DNA of 63,520 nt, filler included, from Asterionella formosa (lineage: Eukaryota): NCBI GenBank assembly GCA_002256025.1. It is 7 parts of 7 records of this genome, joined end to end, with 100 filler letters (N's around TTAATTAATTAA, not from the genome) between each part and the next. Parts side by side here need not be neighbours in the genome. Positions count along the whole stretch, not along the records: positions 1 to 19,399 come from NKIB01003705.1; positions 19,500 to 38,869 come from NKIB01003707.1; 5 more parts are not named here. One strand, given 5' to 3'. The stretch's first letter is position 1, and each line of letters begins with the position of its first letter. Below are positions 14,431-27,186 of the stretch, in pieces. The notes under the pieces were generated by a model. It did no database searches. It was not told the DNA's origin and saw only the letters and a program-made list of their open reading frames with translations. Made by a program: the position numbers and the translations under genes.

Positions 14431-17400
14431 TCAATTAAACGTTGCGGGAACGGCTGATGGATTCAGCAAATGCAACACTACTAATCTTTACGTAGATGTA
14501 GAAGTAGATGTGATATGTTGGTGAAGCGGAGATGGATGTAGCTAAGGACAAGAACCTTTGATGGACGATGAGAAGCAACGAAGAAATGTAGAGGAGCACT
14601 TACAGTGCTGATGTGTTGAGTGATGTCACAGGAGCATTCTTGATTGCTAGGATGGCAGAGCTGGGTAATGTACAACAACATTTCGATATAAACGTATATG
14701 TATACACGCAAAAATCTTCAACTGCATGACCGGTATACATAGTAGACATTGGCGACTAGGTACCTGGTACCTGGTAGGCAAATACATGAAGAGCAATATC
14801 AAGGTCGTATGAATATTACACACGGCGGAACCGAGGTGGAATGATGAATTACCGTGTACACTCCTACTTATTTGAATAGCGGTATATGACTCATCCTCAT
14901 GTGATGTTGTTGTCGTGCATGCGCTTGTTGCCGTTGCATGTATCTGCCTGTTGGTCGTGCGTGACTGGGAATACGAATCCCATGATTGTTCCAGATGAGT
15001 GCATACATATGGTACCAGGTACCTGGTCCCGGGTACCAGATACAATAATGTATTAACGCACAGCCTGATACCTGGTACCACAAGGTAATCAATTATAGGG
15101 TAAGGTTTGATCCGTTATATTATACACAGCAGGCATTTATTCTAAGAATGCATACCGGTAACAAGAATCTCCACAGCATCCAACAAATACCAAGGCAATT
15201 GAAGTTGCAGGTCATCAAATGTCATGATGCGTTCTGTTGGTCAACAAAGCTAAAGTATTTTAGCCACCACATCGACCAAGACCAAATATGCTTTGTCTTG
15301 GTTGAGGATGATTATCAACAAAATATCAAGTATTTGGTCAATTAGACTCTGACTGTAGCCAAATTTAAAAAAGCATTTCTATTGGTTTAGATTGTGGCTC
15401 GTACCAGCAACCTGACGTTTATGGTTTAAATGAGTGCATACATAATTGCAATACATATACCAAATGTAGACAAATAATAAACTAACTTTGAAATGATGCC
15501 AGCAGTTATTTAATATATACAATCATCACATCAAATAAGATTTCTTGCTGAATGCCTGTGTGTAGCACAGTCCTTCAGGTCCTTGACAATTGACCTTGTC
15601 TTGACAGAAATGGTCACTAGGTGGTTTTGCTTGGATAAGAAGTCATGAAAGAATTGCGACAAAGACGAGACTTTGCCAACTGTTGTTCCCAAGTTCTCAC
15701 ACTGTGTTGCCAAGGAATTGAATATTTTGGCACTACATGGTTACATCTTGACTGCAGTTGATTGTCATAGTACTTGTTTAATTCAAGCAAGTTGGCAAAG
15801 AAGTCAAGTTGGCACCATTGACAGTGACAAAAAGTCAGTTTGTATCGGCTTGCGATATTACTGGCTGCCATATCGTCGCCCACTGCCAGATTTACTGGAG
15901 CTGCAGGTGACGGAGACAAGAAAGCGATTCAAGCTCGTCTCAAAGAACGAAAAGATGTCAATATAAGAGACTGGGAAGAACTGAATGACTTTACAGTTGC
16001 CAGTGGTAGTAAAAAATTGTTAAATAGTCATTCCGATATACTTCTTCATTTTGCTACTGTACATACCAGTATGTACTATGTTAAAAATGCTGATTTCAGC
16101 TTGCTAATTACTAACTGTGGACTTCGTCATTCTGACTGCTGACTTGATTCGCTGAAAATTTGAAAAAAATCGCTGACTGCTGATTTCATTTGCTGGCTAC
16201 TGGCATGAAATCCCTGACTGCTAACTTTAAATTCACTGACAGCTGACTTCAAGTTCATTTTGACGATAAAACAACTAACGGCTTAATGTTTATGCAAACA
16301 ATTTTTTAAAGAAAAACGGAGTGGCGCAAAATTTACGGGGTTGACAATTTTTGGGGGGTGTGCCCTGCCTACTTTCGCATGTGATTCGATGACCCGAAAA
16401 CGAGCAACCTGCGCGTTATGTGCGCTGATTACCGGATCTTCTAGGGTACGCAAGGCAGGAGCCCTTGTAGACGCTAAAGCACTGATCATTTTCATGTAGT
16501 ATATGATTCTGAAAAGCAGGCAAATAATAAAGTTAACATGTCAATGCTAGTATGAGCAGTTTAAGCTATCCCCCTAGCTTAAACCAAATTAGGAAAACTG
16601 AAGAGAGTTTATCCAATTTTAGATTACTATGGCTGGTTGCATGCTGAAAAAGATAATCATAGCAGCCCATGTAGCACGGGTACAAACTATTATCCTTATC
16701 CTTACCATAGGAAGGAATGCATTTCGCGCCAATTTGTTTGCTTCGATCGGCTCACCATGTTGCTCAACATCGCCGCCGTTTCCTGTGCAAATGTGATTCC
16801 CAAAGGCTTTTAGATTCGTTCATATAGTTATGAGTAAAATGCTTTTGGAGAATCACTTTTCACATGATATTCAAAAAGTTATAGCAATATCCGTTGTTGC
16901 CGCCATCAGGGACCCTGTCATTCATGGTGTTTGGTTGGCGGATTCAGGGAATATCTTCACGAAAAGTACTCTTTTGATACATTTTAATACTAATTGATTG
17001 ATTAGCTAGGTATCTCAATAACGTGATTCCAAATCAATCTTTGGAGCCAAACGAGGTCATGATTTCCACAGGCAAGAAGGTGATGGTATTTCGACATGAT
17101 TATCAAACGAAGGGGCAAAAGCAGGCAAAGATTTATTTACATTACAGGAAAGGCTGTATCAGCGGTTCCTAAGATTCTTACGTATGGGAATTCATCTGAA
17201 TGGGAAGAGATATGTGTTCGATTGAAGAGGCTACTAAGAAGTGGAATTAAGGTTAATGATGGTCAAAATTTTCATTATGGTCACCATGTAAATAAATCTA
17301 GTAGTGGTAGTTGTAATTCACCTAGACTATTAGAGAAAGAAGTTACTCTACATGCTGGCTTTGATTCAAATAGTAAAATTACTATGACTGGTCTAGGAGA

Positions 17401-17479
17401 TGAATTAAAATCAAGGAAAAGGAGAAGGCAAAGAAGCAAATAGTAGAGTACAATTACTAGGGTGAAGTGATGAATCATC

Positions 17480-18190
17480 AGAACTAGCTACAGCGTCATT
17501 GTCCCAAGTCTTCGACTTGGGACCACTGAGCAATGACATCCAGCTAATGAGACATCATTTGAGTCATCATACTCCCTGCAATCATCTGCTCCTAGTAACA
17601 AAATTAACGACATCCAGAAACAAATAACCACAACAGCAACATATTGGAACTCCCCTGAAGCCAAGAAACTCTTCAACCCCCTACCAAATGAATCCACCCT
17701 GACTGCAATTGACAACCAAAAAGAAATCCTCAGGCAATCAAATAGCTCCAGCTCTGGATACCTTCCATTGATTCAGAATCTCAACCATGTTAACCAAGAA
17801 GATGACATCAACCATCTTCACAAGTGGAACATCCAACAAAAATGTCGATACATTGCCTTGCTCTCTCACTCCATCTTGCAAAAGAAAACATGAATATATG
17901 GACCTGGGAACATTGTTGCACTGATGCTCTTAAGATTAACCAGCCAAGGACTCACACTTGCCACACATGCATACATCATCTCCAAGTAATACCGCAATTT
18001 CCGAAAATACCGCAAATTCCAACTGAGAGTGAACTCCAAGGATCTGCCACCCTTCCTGCATGCCAACCCTGACATCTGAATGAACATTCAACGATATGGC
18101 AAAGAAAACTTGGATACCCTTTCCATCGAAATGCTTTTGGAATATATACATGACAAAGTCCTACCAGCACTGGCCCATTTGACATTCAAT
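17480..18190 (+). pseudogene. Frameshifted transposase remnant of the same family as 1778-2241
   Basis: Translation near 18040-18170 gives LPPFLHANPDI*MNIQRYGKENLDTLSIEMLLEYIHDKVLPA, which aligns to MPPFLREHPDDAMDAFKRYGVVHLKELSIELMHSYVHDSLIPA. Confidence 0.6.
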
Positions 18191-18854
18191 GAACTGTTTT
18201 CTTGCCGCATTTTACCAAAGCGGTAGAAGTGGTCATCATTCGATGAGTCGCTATTGCTGCCCTGTCCTTCATCATCATGTGAAAATGTGGAGTATACCCA
18301 ACATATCAATTATACTGGTACTACGACATCATTTTAAGTTACACATGAAACTATACTCTAGTGCTATTCCTATTCACCACAAACTCAAAATGGAAGGAAG
18401 GATCAACTACCGGTATATGATTTTGCTGAGGATATCGGTCCAATCTTGGTTCTGTATCGTGTTTCATTGTTCTTCTCGTGATTGCGCACCTGCAAAAATT
18501 TGTCGGAACTTAGTACGATAAGGTTTCTTAATTGGCGAACTGTCCTGGGATTAGGTTTGTTATAATTCATTATGATTTTTGATATATTCTCAAGGACCCA
18601 TCCCGGCAAGCTGCTACCTGGTACCAGTTCAACTTCCGGTACCGGTAGTGTTTACTACATAGTGCGATTCTAAGAATTGATGCAGATGGGGCTCGACGTC
18701 CCAATGTAGACATGCGCATCTCCACATTTGACTTTTTTACCTAGTCATTCAAACTTGCTATTCCATAAATCAAAAATTCAAATCCCATCTCGTTCACTTT
18801 GTTACTTGGATAATTTACCGTCGTCAGTTCAGATCTACAAAGCTTTATCTCCTC

Positions 18855-19399
18855 ATGGAGCCACATCCTACTTCCTGGTACAGGAGTCTAGAATCGCCTC
18901 TCCCCGCAGACTTTTGTCTCCCACATGAAAGACGACCAACCCCAACGAATAACGAGTACGAGAGGACTCGCGTCTCACCTTTTCCGACGACCCGAAAAAG
19001 CTCTACCTCCGTATGGCATGATCCATCCTCGTACACAGCAGTACCTTCCCCTGAAGTATTGTTGCCTCCACAACAAAAATTTGCCAGCCAAAGCCGCAAT
19101 GGAGGTGGGGGTGAAGGTAAGAATTTAATCCCTTCCATTTCTCCTGCTGATGTCTTATTTGGCCGTGGGTGCATTGCTGTGTATCCAGGAAATGTACACT
19201 TTCGACAAGTTATCAAGTTGCATCGATTGAACTACATCAATGGCAGACGGCATGAAAAGCAAAGCATTGTCGAATTGGTGATGGAGGAGATTCGGTCAAG
19301 AGGTGGTCGCTTCTGCAAAAGATACAATCAAACGTGTTGGGAAGTTGTAGATGATAAGACAGCACGAAGAAAGACTAGTCAAGCCTTGCGAGAAGGGGC
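18855..19399 (+). CDS. DUF6824-domain protein (diatom-expanded family), 3'-truncated by contig end
   Basis: DVLFGRG..YPGNVHFRQVI..K..IV..IRSRGGRF..W..ARRKTSQALRE signature. Confidence 0.82.
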
Positions 19400-19499
19400 N
19401 NNNNNNNNNNNNNNNNNNNNNNNNNNNNNNNNNNNNNNNNNNNTTAATTAATTAANNNNNNNNNNNNNNNNNNNNNNNNNNNNNNNNNNNNNNNNNNNN
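19400..19499. other. Artificial contig-joining linker (N44-TTAATTAATTAA-N44); identical linkers at 38870-38969, 58317-58416, 59618-59717, 60919-61018 and 62220-62319
   Basis: Identical 100-nt spacer with stop codons in all six frames, present six times. Confidence 0.98.
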
Positions 19500-19852
19500 A
19501 CCCAACCTCCTTGTGATGTCAGAAGCGGGACACAGTTGCCGACCGATGTTTGTGGTTTGGGTAACAGTGTTGCCATTTCCTCAATGGACAAGGATTGATT
19601 GTTCACTGGGATGGCATTTTCCTCGGTAGACGTTCTATTAATCAAGGATGTCACCACGACTTCTTCATCGGCCTTTGCTTGGACCAGTAGAATCTTTGGA
19701 CCCGCCTTATTTTGTATCGATATCATTTGTTGAGAGGCTGTGCTGTCGTTAAGAGTGTAATCTAGTGTCAATCCAACGAGGAGAACAAAGGCAATGTGCT
19801 GATAAAAGTGGCATCTTTCTCGTTCGAAAGTCATTATGAATCTATCGTCCAT
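19500..19852 (-). CDS. Hypothetical protein with N-terminal hydrophobic (signal-anchor) segment, truncated by contig end
   Basis: Open frame running into the gap; IAFVLLVGLTL segment followed by a polar stem; no recognisable domain. Confidence 0.35.
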
Positions 19853-21363
19853 GCGGGTTTTCTCTGATGCTTTCTATGGGGAATGGCATTAATAATATGA
19901 AGTCGCGAAGAACATACCGGTAGTTAAATGATTCTTGCCCAATCAGCATGCTGCGATTATGCATTTTGAATGTTGAATCCATTACATGTGTGACAACATG
20001 TAATGGAAGCAACATCAATCGTAGGCACAGTGCGCAGAATTTCAAATGCAAAACGTCTCTTAACCAAACGAAGAATTCCGGTTCTCGCTGTAATTCTTTT
20101 TAAAATCAAAAAATACTCATAACGGTATGTACAAAAGATGGGCTAATTGAGTCGTCCAATTTCAGTAGCAGGTACCATGGTACCTGGTACTGAGGTCTCG
20201 GATGGAATATATCGGCATGTCTGCGTGAAGCTGTTTAGCGACCGATTCATGCATAGGAATACCGGTAACAAATACCAGGACCAGGTACCGTTATGTAATT
20301 AATCACGCCCATCCCCAGCGATGTAAAGAATGCAAGTTACCTGTATTCTTGTATTCTAATGCTGATTCATCGAGTGCCAGGTAGTGCTGGAAAGTATGTA
20401 CCCCAGTAGGTACTTGCAAGACGCGGTAATTGTGCTCAAATCTAAATCTTTAGCATTCCTCATCCAAAATCAAATGTTTATTTAAGCCAAATGACCACAA
20501 CTTCCTAGAACCAGGTACCAGGTACCAGGTACCGGTAGATAACTTTTTTAGCGCGTATATTTTACATTACCTTACCAGGTAATCCCAGGTTCTCCGGTGT
20601 ACTTCCTTGTCTGTAGGCAGATTTTCCGATAAATGTATACATTATCATACCGGTATTGACAGTTTACTTACTACGGGTAGTCAACCGATACATAACAAGA
20701 ATTTTTGTCTACATATGCTGTCCGTACAGTCAAACGTTCAAGATTTGACTGGCTGCTTGGCCTTTCTGCGACAAACTTGTCTGCACGCATCATAATACTG
20801 TGTTTCATCCTGTGAACTACCGGTATATGCCGATATGTAAATGTGCGTCGATTCGAATACGGTAACGGTACCAGGTACCACCTGGTACCTGGTAACCGGT
20901 AAATATCTTAGTATGTATGGCGTCTATTACACTGTCTATTTTACCAATCACAATCCGTAGAAACAACGACATGAAACAAAACACACACATACGTTTGATA
21001 TGATAGCTAGAAGGTGGAGTCCCTCGTGCCAGGTACCTGGTATGGTACATAGTACCATACTTACTTACTAGCTATGTAAAGCATTGTGTACACTATTTTC
21101 ATGTAAAGTGATGGTGGCCCCACAATTTATTGTGGTTCCAGACGAGCGGCATGACGTATGATTTTATCTGAATACCGGTACCGGTGTGTATGGTATGTAT
21201 GTACATAGAAGCAATAATGATTAATTTTGATGCAGTTTCGATGTCTGCATGTACCGGTATGCCTTCACATGTTAGCTCCATTCTCATTTTTAAATCAGAA
21301 TCAGAAAATATCCCTTTCCGTTTTCTGACTCTATTATTTTTACTGCAACGAAAACCTACCCTC

Positions 21364-22890
21364 ATGGTCGCTCCGAAATTCAAGTAAGAACGAACGCAAT
21401 TTATCAGCGGTTATGCCTAGCTAATATGATGAGAATTATTCATCAAAAGTATGATAGCACAGTCTCACTCACCTCCACCCGTATTGTAACAACTCACTGT
21501 TCGCCGCATTCTCATCAGTCCCCTCCGAGATATCATCTCGGGAGCCATCATGGCTGCAACGTCAGTACCACAACTTCTTGCCTACGCTGAAACGGTTGGA
21601 TATGCAGGGTACCGTGGACTTGCCACAGCAGGTCCACCCCTCTTTGCTTGGGGCCTTGTCACCGGAAGTCCTTTTATGAACTGCGGCGTCACAAGTATCA
21701 CTGCACTCATGGCCAAGACGGATTTACAAGGAGAGCAGTATGTCATCGAACATGGAGAAGAAGACTACGTCAAACTCGTGGCGGCGTATAGTTTCTATGT
21801 GGGATTAGCCAGTCTGTTTTTGGCACTTGTTGGCTTTGGAACATTGGCAAAGGGAGTGCCAAAGCCAGTTCAGACTGGATTTAAATGGGGATGTGCCGTG
21901 GGGGTGTTGGTATCGGCAGTGCCAGCTGGAATTTTTGCGCGGGGGTCACAAGAACTCAAATCGTTGGTTGCAGTCAGTACGGCAGGTGTCTATCTCCGTG
22001 TCATGAAGGAATCGTTCCCCGCGGCGACTGGAGCTGTCGCTGTTTCCAATTTTTTTTATGGTCTGTCCAATCCTCAGACATGGTCAGTGGTACCTACCAT
22101 TCTTTTTGTGGTATGTACCATCATTGTAATGCAAGGAAAGTATTATTTGCCGAAACTTCTTCCCCCTGGTACCGAAGTTATCATAGCAACGGCAGGCGCA
22201 ACTCTCTTTAGCGTGTACACAGCGTACGACGCCGAGATTGTTGGAGAGATTCCTGTGATGGATTCAGATGCTGGCATGTCTTTCTTTGAAGGGCGCATTC
22301 GAATTCCTATTGAAATTGTTGACATTAAAGGTCTTCTTACCGAAGTTCCCATTCTCGAACGTTTTGGAAATTCCTGGGCCATGCTCGCTATTTCCGCCAC
22401 GCTCTTTGCCGCTGTTAACTTCTTATCCATAATGGGCATTGCGTCTGGATTTGAAGCCGACGACGGAATCGCATGGTCAGCGCCACGAGAGCTTTTATCA
22501 CAAGGGGTCGCGTGTGGAGTGGCGGCAGCTGTAGGATCTGCTCCGGTGAGTGGATCGTTGTCCAGATCTCTCGTGAGTCGCATGACAGGAGCCACGTCTC
22601 CATTGGCGTGCCTGGCCACGGCTTTGTTTTGGATCTATTTATTGCCATACATGGGCATCATGTCGGCGACCCCGAAGGCGGCTCTTAGTGCTGTCATTGT
22701 CAGTGCGGTTCTCAAGGGAGTGTGCGTTCCAAAAGATTTGATGAAATTGAAGGGATTGGATTTTGTAGTTGGATGGGGATCAGGCATTGCGACTGCCTTG
22801 ACGAGTCCAACAATCGGATTTGGAATTGGACTTGCGGTCTATATTGCCTTGAATCCATTGAGAACAAAACTAAAGGCGAAGACAGCCTAA
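21364..22890 (+). CDS. SLC26/SulP-family anion transporter lacking STAS, 2 exons (21364-21383, 21519-22890)
   Basis: Splicing GTAAG..CAG 21384-21518 yields MVAPKFNPLRDIISGAIMAATSVPQLLAYA (SulP TM1 motif); also PVQTGFKWG, RELLSQGVA, PVSGSLSRS, PKAALSAVIV. Confidence 0.88.
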
Positions 22891-23010
22891 ATTTGAAGTC
22901 GCAAGCTAGCTATATTATGCATTTATGACGATTCCTCCAAAATGACTTTAAGAACATTCTTGAAATACCTTTTCGTTTGAATCTTTGGAGTGAGTACATT
23001 TTCGTTCGGA

Positions 23011-24009
23011 TTAAATCACCATTACTTCTTCTTTTTTCTGTACTGCAAATCCCCATATGGCACCAGTGTCTTTCTTTTGCAGAGTAATGCACAATTCCCT
23101 CCCGTTCTCTTCGTCTTGAATGGTAAAAGTGGATTCGTTAGTCACAACCTTGCCTCCGGTCGGACCCTGACACAGTGTTTGACCAGCCACAGTCACTTTG
23201 AGTGACAAAATTGCAAAGGTGACTTTGCAATACTTTGCCTTGGTACCAGGGGGTACTTTAAATTTGATTTCCACTTCGTCGTTGGTCTGTCCCCATGTAA
23301 AGCCCAAGTCGTCCTGTGGGTTTGTTGGAGCTCCGCCACCTTTGACTTGCATTTGCTCCATGACCCCCGACAAACTCGCAGCCGTCTTTCCATGCCCCCC
23401 TCCACCACCATTAGTGTTGGCAATATTAATCCAAGGTGATGTCAGGTCTGCATCTTGTTTACAAAAGTCCACACGTGTCCAATCATCCCTAACTTCATCA
23501 TCATGACATCGTCCAACAAAGACATCTCCATAAACACCTGTAACTTTCGACGAATCTGATGGAGTCGGCGCTTGATGACCGCATTCTAGCAATAGCTGTG
23601 TCGCACGTAAGTTGAATTCGCCCTGTGAATGTTCAGCCACATACATGCTCACTGCTTGATATTGATTGCCGGCCGTGGGGAATGTCAGAGCAATGATCTC
23701 ACATTGCGGCGACGCTTGTGTCGATTTGATCATCTGCATCAAACTTTCATCAGACATTTCCTGTAGTCTGGTATTTCCAGCTGCCTGAGACCGTAACTCT
23801 GCAGCGAGGCGTTGGGTTTCTTCGGCCGACGCGGAATCCAAAGCTGCCGCTCGTTGCGGACCACCGGATTGGTGAAAAAAGTAGGTCTTGGCCTCGCGAA
23901 TGAGTTCATCATCGTTCAATCCACCACTTTTGTCACCCGTGCGCTCTTCTAAGGGGAGGGAAGAGTCCGCGGGTATAAAGACGTAGAGAAAGGGGCCGGA
24001 GAGGGGCAT
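23011..24009 (-). CDS. CS (p23/NudC-like) domain protein
   Basis: C-terminal FTWGQTNDEVEIKFKVP..CKVTF..LKV..ESTFTI..LCITLQK..W is a CS-domain pattern; N-terminal domain not assigned. Confidence 0.8.
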   Translation of the reverse strand: MPLSGPFLYVFIPADSSLPLEERTGDKSGGLNDDELIREAKTYFFHQSGGPQRAAALDSASAEETQRLAAELRSQAAGNTRLQEMSDESLMQMIKSTQASPQCEIIALTFPTAGNQYQAVSMYVAEHSQGEFNLRATQLLLECGHQAPTPSDSSKVTGVYGDVFVGRCHDDEVRDDWTRVDFCKQDADLTSPWINIANTNGGGGGHGKTAASLSGVMEQMQVKGGGAPTNPQDDLGFTWGQTNDEVEIKFKVPPGTKAKYCKVTFAILSLKVTVAGQTLCQGPTGGKVVTNESTFTIQDEENGRELCITLQKKDTGAIWGFAVQKKEEVMVI

Positions 24010-27000
24010 GGCAAATATGTGATGTTTGTTTGTTTTCTGAGTTTTTAAATGTAATTATGGTGGGGGGTGAGCCCCATAATGATGCGGATGGAGTACGGAG
24101 TACCAGGTACTCCTTATATTATATTTGTTGGTGGTAATTTGTTAATTATACGGTGTACCTATACCGGCATCACCGGTATACTATACCGCTTTGTGATAAT
24201 GTAGAACAAAAAATCACACGTACCAGGCGATGCCAGTCTCACCATCAGTCATGTGTCTGATGACACGACATGACAGCCAATACCGGTATACCCGCCTCGC
24301 GTCGACTACCGGTACGTGGTACCTGGTACCAGGTACCATCAGGTAGACTACGAGTACTCCGAGTACCGGGTAGACAATCTTGCGGTGTCATCATTATTGT
24401 GTTATTTCCACAACAATCAAAAACACTATTGAGTCCTACAGCAATATCGAATTTCTGAAGAATTTTTAGTCATAGCCTTGACTTCATTGCAATCCGCCAA
24501 TCCTTTATTGTCAAGGCACATTGGAGTGCTGAGCAAGAAAGTTGTTAACAGTGAGAAGCACTGCAAAGCCAGAAAATGAGCATGGTTGAGAAATAGCCGC
24601 ATGCAAGCAAAATAAAACAACAAACCTTCACAAAGTCTGATAACTTTCACATGAAACAACTCAAGCTGTTTCCTTTCCAATTTCTTGAAAATTCACCAAT
24701 CCTTTAATCACAACAAAAAGAGCACTGAGACAGAGATGTTGTTTCTGATGCACTTTCTGAAGCACTTCTGAAATGAACAGAGTCATGAGGACAGTTGAGA
24801 GAAAAAACACAGGCAATTTATAAAAATCCATGAAAGTGGAAGGACCTACATTCTATGGAGTGAAGCAATTTCAATTCCTCAAACATGGCAGCTTATCTAG
24901 GAGTTGAATAAAGTTTTATAGTATGCTGTGGGCATTCCCTGCTCATTTGGAAATGAGTAGCTAAATCAAGTGAGAAAGTGGTGGTTGCTGCATATTCACC
25001 TTGGATTGGACAAGAAATACTGACACTTAGTCACCAATAAAACATTCAACTTGTATTGGAATGGTAGTATATTAATTTTAATTGGAAAGAGAAAAAAAAC
25101 AAATGACAGATACCAAGTTGCTTTCATGGGAGACAAAAAACCTTGAATTGGCATCCAATACAAGGTGAAAAAGTAATTTACCAAAACAGGTTGCCCTTGT
25201 ATTGGCTAGCTAGCTTCGTTGTGAGGGTTGCCAATCCATGCTTTTGCCAATACAAAGAAATTGGCTTTTTTTTCCAAGACAAGATATTTCACAAAACGAC
25301 CTTATTTTTTTCAATACAAGGTATGAATAGTTTCTCCAAAATAGTCATATTTTGTATATTTCTTATGATCCGTTTTTCGATTGCCAAACTACCTTCAATA
25401 TTTTCTATAGCCCCTAGATTTTATTGCCGAAATAGACTGCCGTTTATTTAAGGGAATATGATTACTGATATCTATAGCCCCTAGCTAATTGAATACCATT
25501 TACTAAGGAAAATCGACTGCCGAAATTGGAAGAGAGTAGGATGAACCATGTGAAGGCACAAAATAATGATTTTCTGTAAAGTGTTGATGGCCATTCTACG
25601 ATTTACATCCCTGCTATCTTCCAGCATGCTCCAATGTATACAAACTCTGTTCATTGATGTCTCAAGTACTGACTCTTCCGGTGTTCTGCATTAACTCATA
25701 TTCAACAAGGAAGAGAGGACAGGTGTGTGCTTGTTGATTGTTGTTGTCATACTTGAGTTCCCGCCATGGTTGAGTTTACTACGTATGAAACATATTTCTT
25801 CCTCTTCAGAATGTTGATGAAGGCTTTTGTCATGTTACTCCTCCACTTCCTGATGATGGAACAAATCAGTATCCACTGGTCAAACCAGCTTGTCCAATGA
25901 GGTGAAATATGTTGCCAGTTGATTGTTGTTTTCACAAGGTATAATGAATACACACTACCATTATTCTTTTCCTGTTTCCCAATGCTAGCAAGCTACTTTT
26001 ATCGAAACTTGCACAAAGATTGCAAAGTCTTCAGGTTGCAAACAATGTGGGCAACATATCTCGCCAGCACCAACAACATATCACTCCATTGCTCCCTATC
26101 AACCTACTTAAACCTGTCCTCCTCAATTTTCCAAGCCACAAATGCCCACATCGCTCAGCCAGTAAATTTTCGACGCATCCTGCTCCTTCTCCTGCCAGAT
26201 ACTACCAGAAGTCTGCATCACCAGCACCAAACCTCCATATCAAGCTGTTGCTCCTCCAACACCTCTGCAACCACAAGTACGAATCAATACATAAACCAGC
26301 ACTGCCTCTAAATCCATTCAGGCATCGGTTTCTGCTCCTCCAGACCCAATCTGAACATTTCTGAAATTTTTGTCATTGCAACGACAAAAAAGTGTGAGTT
26401 GACAATTGTTAATGAAAATGCGTTGACAAATTTTCACACGATTTTTCCGCTGACCCATTTTCTTTTCCACTTTTTATTCTACTCCCTGCTTGTCATTTTC
26501 ACGTGATACCTTTCGATTTCCGTTTCATACTTTGGTTGCTTAACAACATCGTGTCGGATTTTCGATGCTTGTTACAATCATTCTTGTGTGACTATTTTTC
26601 ATGCATATACCGGTACCGGTATATTCGATGGTCCATGCATTTTTTATCTGTCCAAACTTTTCCCATGAAAATTCTAGTACTGATGTTACTCGGTGGTCCT
26701 GCTGCTCAAACCTAAAATTGACTGCCGAAAATTCCACTGTGCCCCATATTGCCCCTAAATAAAAAATTACTTAAAGGGAAACCATAAATTACTTAGACAC
26801 CCACAGTTCTCATCGAAAAGCAAGACGATAGCTATGGTGGGGATTGCCGCTACCGGTATATTTGTTGTTGACGGGTGTCGTGCATAAATAAACCATAAAC
26901 CTGTTGGGGTGTCTGCACGATCGGAGTTACACAGATACGGTATGTGTGTCTATGTACCTACGGTAATAACCGGTACCGTTATTATAATAGTACCCAAACC

Positions 27001-27186
27001 CTAACCCTAACCCATGCTGCTCTTTTGAAGAACACTTCAGCTATCTTGTTACATGCATGTGAAATACACAATATGTCATTTTGGCTGACCAACACTCTTG
27101 ACTCCTATTGTTTGTTGCCATCGTCTCATCACGTCAAATCATAAAACTACAGTATACACACCAATTTGAAACTATCATTTGATTTG

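Noticed and set aside
14647..15092. ORFs rich in VPGT/YQVP/WYQ peptides
   Set aside because: These are translations of the GGTACC palindrome clusters, not proteins
19444..19455. TTAATTAATTAA motif repeated six times within N runs
   Set aside because: Artificial six-frame-stop linker, not biological
20511..20901. CCWGG/GGTACC clusters as restriction-modification (Dcm/KpnI) signals
   Set aside because: Eukaryotic context with no methylase or endonuclease gene; transposon footprints explain them better
24420..26800. TE-like region with GACTGCCG and TATAGCCCCTAG subterminal-type repeats
   Set aside because: No termini, TSD or protein motif could be defined
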